From: an uncultured Gammaproteobacteria bacterium
Lineage (GTDB): Bacteria; Patescibacteriota; Patescibacteriia; Magasanikbacterales; JBBTQS01
Length of the DNA stretch: 64,000 nt
Reading direction: 5' to 3'
Assembly (NCBI GenBank): GCA_964627525.1
Contig: CAZVIA010000001.1
Location: forward strand, 8,007 to 72,006
In this document: positions 57,488-64,000 of the stretch, piece by piece
How positions within the stretch are numbered: the stretch's first letter is position 1
Layout of the letters: each line of letters opens with the position of its first letter
The notes under the pieces: generated by a model
Databases searched by the model: none
What the model was told of the DNA's origin: nothing
The model's input: only the letters and a program-made list of their open reading frames with translations
Made by a program: the position numbers and the translations under genes

Positions 57488-59521
57488 ATGAATGTAACTG
57501 AATTGGCACGAAGAATGCGAATGAACACTCATACACTCCTGGAAATTCTCCCGGAGTTTGGTTTTGATATTGGTAAAAAAGCTATTAAAGTAGATGATCG
57601 TGTTGCTCAGAAGATTTTAAGACAAAGTAGATATATAAAACAAGAGCTGGATAAGCGCAAAAAAGTTGAGAAATTAAAACAAAAAGAACTTGAAAAACAA
57701 ATGCGTAAAGAAAGAGGGGAAACTGTTGTGATTCCTGATGTTGTTACTGTGCGTGATTTTGCAGAGCGTCTTAGTTTGCCTGTGACTACTGTTATTACTG
57801 AGCTGATGAAAAATGGGATTTTGGCGAATTTAAATGAAAATATTGATAAAGACACTGCTTCTGTTTTAGCAGAAGATTTGGGATTTACTGTTGGGCAGGG
57901 AACTGGTGATGAAAATGATTCAAACACAGAGGTTGTGGATGCTTTGGAAACAGCTTTGTCTTCACAAAAAGATGAATCACTTAAGTATCGTCCTCCGGTT
58001 ATTGTGGTGATGGGACATGTTGATCATGGGAAAACTAAATTGTTAGATGCAATTCGTAACGCAAATGTAATTGATACAGAGTCTGGTGGTATTACACAAC
58101 ATATTGGTGCTTATCAAGTTGAACATAAAATGCGTGATTCTGATGAAAAACGTAAAATTACTTTTGTTGATACTCCAGGACATGAAGCTTTTACAGTTAT
58201 GAGAAGTCGTGGTGCGCGAATTGCTGATATTGCAATTTTAGTTGTAGCTGCAGATGATGGAGTTATGCCACAAACAGAAGAAGCAATTAATATTATTAAT
58301 GCTGCAAAATTACCAATGGTTGTGGCAATAAATAAAATAGACAAGCCAGATGCAAATGTTGATAAAGTTCGCACTGAATTGTCTCAACGTAATATTGTTC
58401 CAGAAGAGTGGGGTGGAAAAATTCCTATGGTTGAAATTTCAGCTAAGCAAGGAACTAATATTGGTGATTTATTAGAAACTATTTTATTGGTAGCAGATGT
58501 TGAGCAAGAAAATATAAGAGCTGATGCAGATCGTGAAGCTGTAGGAACTGTAATTGAATCTCATGTGGATAAAGGTGAAGGCCCTGTTGCAACAATTTTA
58601 GTTCAAGCTGGAACTTTGCGTCGCACGGATCCTTTGGTTGTAAATGAACAATTGTATGGAACAGTTCGTGCAATGAAAGATTATAAAGGTGGGGATGTGG
58701 ATATTGCCGACCCTTCAACTCCTGTAAAAATTCTTGGATTTAAAGCAGCACCACAAGTTGGAGATATTTTAGATGTAGCTCAATCAAAAACAGCTACAAA
58801 AATTAAAAAGACAAAGACAACTGAAAAATCTAAACAGTCTGTGCAGCAGCAAACAGAACAGGAAGATGAAGAGGAAAAGAAAAAAGTTTTAAACTTAATT
58901 ATTCGTGCAGATGTGTTAGGTTCTTTAGAGGCGATTTTAGGGTCTGTTGAAAAGTTTCAACATGATGAAGTGGGAATTAAGGTTGTGGCTAAGGGATTGG
59001 GAAATATTACTGAAACTGATATTGATCAAGCTGAAGGAACACAAGCACAAGTTTTGGCTTTTCATGTTCAAGTACCTGCAAATGTTGAAGAGTTAGCTGG
59101 GTCAAAACAAACTAAAGTTGTGGTTCAGAAGTTTGAGGTAATTTATGCTTTGCTTGAATATCTTGAAAAAGAATTGCAAAAAATGTTGCCATCTGAGAAA
59201 ATTGTTACTGAACTTGGTAAGGCAGCTGTTTTGGCGATTTTCCGTACAGATAAAACCGCAATGACTGTTGGTTCAAAAGTTTTGGAAGGTAAATTAGTTA
59301 AGGGTGCAAAAGTTCGTGTTGTGCGTGGTGAATATATTGAAGGTAAAGGTGAAATTGAAACTTTGCAAATTGGTCAGTCAAAAGAATCTGATGTACATGA
59401 AGGTACAGAATTTGGTATGCGTTTTGTTGGTAAAGCAAAAATTCAAGAAGGTGATATTTTGGAAGCTTACACAGAAGAAGTTAAAGAGCGCAAAATTGAG
59501 TTTAAAAAAACAACAAATTAA
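57488..59521 (+). CDS. infB: Translation initiation factor IF-2
   Basis: [13 protein letters not shown] and NKID G-domain motifs; 677 aa. Confidence 0.95.
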   Translation: MNVTELARRMRMNTHTLLEILPEFGFDIGKKAIKVDDRVAQKILRQSRYIKQELDKRKKVEKLKQKELEKQMRKERGETVVIPDVVTVRDFAERLSLPVTTVITELMKNGILANLNENIDKDTASVLAEDLGFTVGQGTGDENDSNTEVVDALETALSSQKDESLKYRPPVIVVMGHVDHGKTKLLDAIRNANVIDTESGGITQHIGAYQVEHKMRDSDEKRKITFVDTPGHEAFTVMRSRGARIADIAILVVAADDGVMPQTEEAINIINAAKLPMVVAINKIDKPDANVDKVRTELSQRNIVPEEWGGKIPMVEISAKQGTNIGDLLETILLVADVEQENIRADADREAVGTVIESHVDKGEGPVATILVQAGTLRRTDPLVVNEQLYGTVRAMKDYKGGDVDIADPSTPVKILGFKAAPQVGDILDVAQSKTATKIKKTKTTEKSKQSVQQQTEQEDEEEKKKVLNLIIRADVLGSLEAILGSVEKFQHDEVGIKVVAKGLGNITETDIDQAEGTQAQVLAFHVQVPANVEELAGSKQTKVVVQKFEVIYALLEYLEKELQKMLPSEKIVTELGKAAVLAIFRTDKTAMTVGSKVLEGKLVKGAKVRVVRGEYIEGKGEIETLQIGQSKESDVHEGTEFGMRFVGKAKIQEGDILEAYTEEVKERKIEFKKTTN

Positions 59522-59571
59522 ATTAACTTAATTTTTGGGGGATTTTAAAAAAAATTTTAACTAAAAAAATT

Positions 59572-59889
59572 ATGGATTTTTCCGATGCAAATTTTCAAAA
59601 AGAAGTTTTGGAATCAGATGTGCCAGTTCTTGTTGATTTTTGGGCGCCATGGTGTGGACCTTGTCAGACAATGAAACCAATTATGGAAGAATTGGAAAAA
59701 GATTTTAAAGACAAGAAAATTAAAATCGGAAAATTAAATGTGGATGAAAATAATGCAACTGCAGGTCAGTACAGTGTTATGAGTATTCCTGCGTTTAAAG
59801 TTTTTAAGGATGGAAAAATTATTGATGAAGTTGTTGGTGGTCAGACTAAGGATCAGTTGGTAAAGCTGATTGAAAAAGTTTTAAAGTAA
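59572..59889 (+). CDS. trxA: Thioredoxin
   Basis: WAPWCGPC active site. Confidence 0.95.
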   Translation: MDFSDANFQKEVLESDVPVLVDFWAPWCGPCQTMKPIMEELEKDFKDKKIKIGKLNVDENNATAGQYSVMSIPAFKVFKDGKIIDEVVGGQTKDQLVKLIEKVLK

Positions 59890-59906
59890 AAGTTTTTAAA
59901 ATAAAT

Positions 59907-61163
59907 TTGATGTCAGTTTTTGAAAATGCTTTAAAGCAGTTGGGTCAAGCAGCGCAACACATAAATTTGTCTAAAGAAATTTTTTCTGTTTTAGAAAAAC
60001 CACAACGAGTGGTTCAAGTTAGTGTTCCTGTGAAAATGGATAGTGGTGAGTTAAAAGTTTTTCAGGGATATCGTGTGCAATATAATGATGCGCGCGGGCC
60101 GTTTAAGGGTGGTTTGAGATTTCATCCTGCAACTGATTTGGATGAGGTTAAGGCGCTGGCTTTTTGGATGACAATTAAATGTGCTGTTGTGGATTTGCCT
60201 TTTGGTGGTGGTAAAGGCGGAATTCAAGTTGATACAAAAAAATTGTCTGAAGCAGAGTTGGAAAGATTGACGCGTGGTTTTGTTCGTGCGATTGCTGATG
60301 TGATTGGTCCGAAAAAAGATGTGCCAGCTCCAGATGTTTATACAACTCCGCAAATAATGAAATGGATTGCAGATGAGTATGGAAAAATTGTTGGTTATCC
60401 TTCTCCAGCAGTCATTACTGGAAAACCCATTGAGGTTGGTGGTTCTGAAGGTCGTGATAAGGCAACGGGTTATGGTGCATTTGCTGTTTTGCAAAAATAT
60501 ATGTTGGCTCGTGATTTTGTTCCTGAAAAAACTCGAGTTGTTGTGCAGGGTTTTGGAAATGCAGGATATTGGTTTTCAGAAATTGCACATAAGGCTGGTT
60601 TAAAAATTGTGGGAGTGTCTGATTCGCGTGGTGGAATTTTTAATGAAGCAGGTTTGGATCCTGAAAAAGTTTTGCAAGCAAAAAAAGAGCAGGGAAGTGT
60701 TGTGGATTTTCACAGTGGAGTTGGAGTTGGGATTTCGGAAAATAAAATTTTAACAAATGAAGAGTTGCTCGGATTAGAATGTGATGTTTTAGTTCCAGCA
60801 GCTTTAGAAAACGCAATTAATTCTGAAAATGTTTCTGAAATTAAAGCGCGTGCTATTTTGGAAGTTGCTAATGGACCAACAACAACTGAAGCTGATCAGT
60901 TTTTGTTTGAAAAAAGTGTAGATGTGATTCCAGATGTTTTGGCAAATGCCGGTGGTGTTTTGGTTAGTTATTTTGAGTGGTATCAAAACATGAATGATCA
61001 AAAGTGGGGGGAGTCAGAAGTTTTTGAAAAAATGAATAAAAAAATAGGAGAAGCATTTGATGAGGTGTGGAAAGAGTTTGAAGCTGGGAAAATTAATTTT
61101 AGAACAGCTGCTTTTGCCGTGGCTTTGAGAAAATTGGAAAAAGCTATTTTAGCGAGATTATAA
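59907..61163 (+). CDS. gdhA: Glu/Leu/Phe/Val-family dehydrogenase (glutamate dehydrogenase-like)
   Basis: LPFGGGKGGI catalytic motif; GFGNAGYW Rossmann. Confidence 0.85.
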   Translation: MMSVFENALKQLGQAAQHINLSKEIFSVLEKPQRVVQVSVPVKMDSGELKVFQGYRVQYNDARGPFKGGLRFHPATDLDEVKALAFWMTIKCAVVDLPFGGGKGGIQVDTKKLSEAELERLTRGFVRAIADVIGPKKDVPAPDVYTTPQIMKWIADEYGKIVGYPSPAVITGKPIEVGGSEGRDKATGYGAFAVLQKYMLARDFVPEKTRVVVQGFGNAGYWFSEIAHKAGLKIVGVSDSRGGIFNEAGLDPEKVLQAKKEQGSVVDFHSGVGVGISENKILTNEELLGLECDVLVPAALENAINSENVSEIKARAILEVANGPTTTEADQFLFEKSVDVIPDVLANAGGVLVSYFEWYQNMNDQKWGESEVFEKMNKKIGEAFDEVWKEFEAGKINFRTAAFAVALRKLEKAILARL

Positions 61164-61211
61164 TTTTGTTTGAGCTTTACTTTTCTTTGTTTTTCCGCCA
61201 AAATAAATTAT

Positions 61212-64000
61212 ATGGCAAAAGTTGAAAAAATTGATTTTAAAAATGTTGAGAAAAAATGGCAAAAGTTTTGGGAAAAACACAAAACTTTTCATGCCCATGA
61301 TTTTGCAGATGAAAAACCAAAGTACTATCCTTTGGTAGAATTTCCATATCCATCTGGCGCTGGTTTGCATGTTGGTCATCCGCGCCCCTACACTGCTTTG
61401 GATATTGTTGCGCGAAAGCGACGTATGCAAGGTTATAATGTGATGTTTGCGATGGGTTGGGATGCGTTTGGTTTGCCAACTGAAAATTACGCAATTAAAA
61501 CCGGTCGTCAGCCAGCAGAAGTAACTGCGGAAAATATTGCGACTTTTAAAAAACAAATTCAGTCTTTGGGAATTTCTTTTGATTGGTCTCGTGAAATCAA
61601 TACTACTGATCCAAAATATTATAAGTGGACGCAATGGATTTTTTTGAAATTATTTGAAGCTGGTTTGGCTTATAAAGCAAACATACCAGTCAATTGGTGT
61701 TTGAGTTGTAAAATTGGTTTGGCTAATGAGGAAATTGTTGATGGTGCTTGTGAACGTTGTGGTGGTGAAGTTGAAAAACGAGATAAAGAACAATGGATGT
61801 TGGGAATTACAAAATACGCTGATCGTTTGTTGGAGGATTTGGATGGTGTTGATTATATTGAGCGTGCAAAAGTTCAGCAGAAAAATTGGATTGGGAGAAG
61901 TGAGGGTTCTGAAATTGATTTTAAAATTGTTGGGTCAGATGAAGTTGTGCGTGTTTTTACAACTCGTGCAGATACTTTGTTTGGTGCGACTTATATGGTG
62001 TTGGCGCCAGAGCATGAGTTAGTTGATAAGTTGCGTGAGAAAATAGGAAATTGGGATGAAGTTAAAAAATATCGTGCTAATGCTTGTAAGATAAAAGAAA
62101 TGGATCGTTTAGCTGAAGGTCGTGAAAAAACAGGTGTTGTTTTGAAAGGGGTGATGTGTGTAAATCCAGCAAATGGAGAAGAGATTCCTGTTTGGATTGC
62201 TGATTATGTTTTAACTGGATATGGAACTGGTGCAATTATGGCTGTTCCAGCACATGATGAAAGGGATTTGGAGTTTGCTGAGAAATTTAAATTAGAAGTG
62301 CTTGAAGTTGTTGGCGAAGATGGTGGTTTGATAAATTCTGGAGAGTTTGATGGTATAAATTTTGAAAAAGCTAAGAGTGCGATTACTGAAAAAGTTGGCG
62401 GTGAGATGACTGTTAAATATAAACTACGCGACTGGGTTTTTTCTCGTCAAAGATATTGGGGCGAGCCAATTCCTTTGGTTAATTGTGAGAAGTGTAAGGG
62501 TTGGGTTGCTTTACCAGAAACTGAATTGCCTTTGGAATTGCCTAAGGTTGAAAAATATGAACCAACAGACACTGGTGAATCTCCGTTGTCTGCGGTTAAA
62601 GATTGGGTGAATACAAAATGTCCTCAATGTGGTGGGTCAGCTAAACGTGAGACAGACACAATGCCGAATTGGGCTGGAAGTTCTTGGTATTTTTTAAGAT
62701 ATTGTGCGCCAAATGATGATGAAATTTTTGAGCATACAAAATTGTGGAAACGTAAAGCAATAAAACCAAATGCACATGACAAAGTTGTTTGGGAAACTTA
62801 TTTAAAAATCCGTGAGATTTTTGCAGAGGATAAATTGGATTTTTGGGTGTGTGGAAGTTTATTAATGAATGTTTTAAATAGAGAGATTTGGAAACACATG
62901 GATGATTTAGATGTTCATGTGCGAAGTTGTGATTATGATCGGGCGATTAAAGTGATGACTGCAAAAGGTTTTGTTGAAAGTGATCGCAAGCGTGAAGGTT
63001 CAATTACAATGACACATGCTGGAGTAAATATTGAGTTGATTGAAGTTTTTTGTGAGAGTGGTGAAGTGTATACAGTTTATTCTAATGGTCAGAAAATTTT
63101 AATGGCGGAAAATGATTTGGAAATGGTGGAGCGTGGTTCATTAAATGGTGTGAGTGTGCGAACTATTTCTCCATGGCATGCTTTGTATCAATATACTTAT
63201 TTACAAAAACATCTTGAGCGCGAAAAAGAAGGTGATGATGATAAAAAACAATTTTTGCGTGATTATTTGAACTCGCCAATGAATTATTGGATGGGTGTTG
63301 ATTGGTATAATGGGGGAATGGAGCATACGGTTTTGCATTTATTGTATTCTCGTTTTTGGAATAAGTTTTTGTTTGACTTAGGTGTTGTTCCTGTGAGTGA
63401 ACCTTATAATAAAAGAACAAGCCATGGTTTAATTTTAGCTAAGGGTGGTGAAAAGATGAGTAAGTCAAAAGGAAATGTTATAAATCCAGATGAAATTGTG
63501 GGCAAATATGGTGCTGATACTTTTCGTGTTTATGAAATGTTTATGGGGCCGTTTGATCAGACAGCTGAATGGGATACAAATGGTTTGATTGGTGTGAAGC
63601 GGTTTTTGGATAAGGTTTGGAAGTTGCAGGAAAAAGTTGATGATGTTGATGTTGTTGGGGGTGAAATAGGCGCTGGGCAAAATAAAGTTGATCAAAAAGT
63701 TTTGAAAAAAATGCATTGGGCAATTCACAAAGTTAGTGCAGATATTGAAGCTATGAGATTTAATACTGCGGTGTCTGCTTTGATGGAGTTGGTAAATGAT
63801 TTGGGAAAATTAAAAGTTGTGCCGTTAAGTGTGTATCGCATTTTAATAAAATTATTAAGTGTGCTTGCTCCGCATATGTGTGAGGAGTTGTGGTCTTTGT
63901 TTGGTGATAAGGATGTAAGTGTGAGTAAAGTTGAGTGGCCAGATTTTGATAAAAAAATGTTGGAGCAAGATGAGGTAACTTATGCTGTGCAGGTTAATGG
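61212..64000 (+). CDS. leuS: Leucyl-tRNA synthetase (3' partial, runs off the window)
   Basis: HVGHP (HIGH) motif; CP1 editing and zinc CxxC...CxxC motifs; KMSKS present near 63450; frame open to the window end. Confidence 0.9.
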   Translation, partial: MAKVEKIDFKNVEKKWQKFWEKHKTFHAHDFADEKPKYYPLVEFPYPSGAGLHVGHPRPYTALDIVARKRRMQGYNVMFAMGWDAFGLPTENYAIKTGRQPAEVTAENIATFKKQIQSLGISFDWSREINTTDPKYYKWTQWIFLKLFEAGLAYKANIPVNWCLSCKIGLANEEIVDGACERCGGEVEKRDKEQWMLGITKYADRLLEDLDGVDYIERAKVQQKNWIGRSEGSEIDFKIVGSDEVVRVFTTRADTLFGATYMVLAPEHELVDKLREKIGNWDEVKKYRANACKIKEMDRLAEGREKTGVVLKGVMCVNPANGEEIPVWIADYVLTGYGTGAIMAVPAHDERDLEFAEKFKLEVLEVVGEDGGLINSGEFDGINFEKAKSAITEKVGGEMTVKYKLRDWVFSRQRYWGEPIPLVNCEKCKGWVALPETELPLELPKVEKYEPTDTGESPLSAVKDWVNTKCPQCGGSAKRETDTMPNWAGSSWYFLRYCAPNDDEIFEHTKLWKRKAIKPNAHDKVVWETYLKIREIFAEDKLDFWVCGSLLMNVLNREIWKHMDDLDVHVRSCDYDRAIKVMTAKGFVESDRKREGSITMTHAGVNIELIEVFCESGEVYTVYSNGQKILMAENDLEMVERGSLNGVSVRTISPWHALYQYTYLQKHLEREKEGDDDKKQFLRDYLNSPMNYWMGVDWYNGGMEHTVLHLLYSRFWNKFLFDLGVVPVSEPYNKRTSHGLILAKGGEKMSKSKGNVINPDEIVGKYGADTFRVYEMFMGPFDQTAEWDTNGLIGVKRFLDKVWKLQEKVDDVDVVGGEIGAGQNKVDQKVLKKMHWAIHKVSADIEAMRFNTAVSALMELVNDLGKLKVVPLSVYRILIKLLSVLAPHMCEELWSLFGDKDVSVSKVEWPDFDKKMLEQDEVTYAVQVN

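Noticed and set aside
1-64000. CRISPR arrays, transposases, integrases and phage structural genes
   Set aside because: No spaced direct-repeat arrays and no recognisable recombinase or transposase motifs were seen in any frame

Overview
This 64 kb window comes from an AT-rich, gene-dense bacterial chromosome; the small proteins, broken ribosomal cluster and reduced metabolism look Patescibacteria/CPR-like, which is my inference. Housekeeping content: a 5'-partial Cys-rich repeat protein, ndk, rpmB, an M50 protease, a HicB/HicA-like pair, then rpsL-rpsG-fusA. An insertion follows, then tuf and an S10-spc-secY-adk-map ribosomal cluster (rpsJ through rplO) that runs into ruvX-like and recO-like genes instead of infA-rpoA. 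Further downstream are asnS, aspS, scpA and scpB (split by a GC-rich insert), a D-Ala-D-Ala carboxypeptidase, and a GH5 + GH1 + EamA transporter cluster. Then come tRNA-Met(CAU), a metallophosphoesterase, tRNA-Leu(CAA), parA/parB, a short Rel (p)ppGpp enzyme, topA, folC, dprA, pth, der, an LCP protein, guaB, two convergent HU genes, rny, truB, infB, trxA, a Glu dehydrogenase and 5'-leuS (runs off the window). No CRISPR array, transposase or integrase is visible. The most unusual signal is a set of compositionally atypical GC-richer islands (about 2160-2335, 10050-11200, 29410-29890, 36500-36710, 49990-52510, 55230-55860, 56690-57400). They carry ORFans, structured non-coding stretches and their own consensus promoters and terminators. 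Four of them sit next to copies of a perfect 12-bp palindrome, GCTAAATTTAGC. The largest island (49990-52510) has a consensus promoter, a structured leader, a roughly 60% GC Cys-rich 472-aa ORFan and a ~730-nt ORF-free structured tail ending in a terminator. A MerR-HTH/GHKL-ATPase fusion + STAS-like protein + MazG-like cassette at 2493-3865 looks like an uncharacterised partner-switching or nucleotide-signalling module. Strong sigma70-type promoters share an extended consensus cTTGACAAAAT-N-TGnTATAAT-CCCA.
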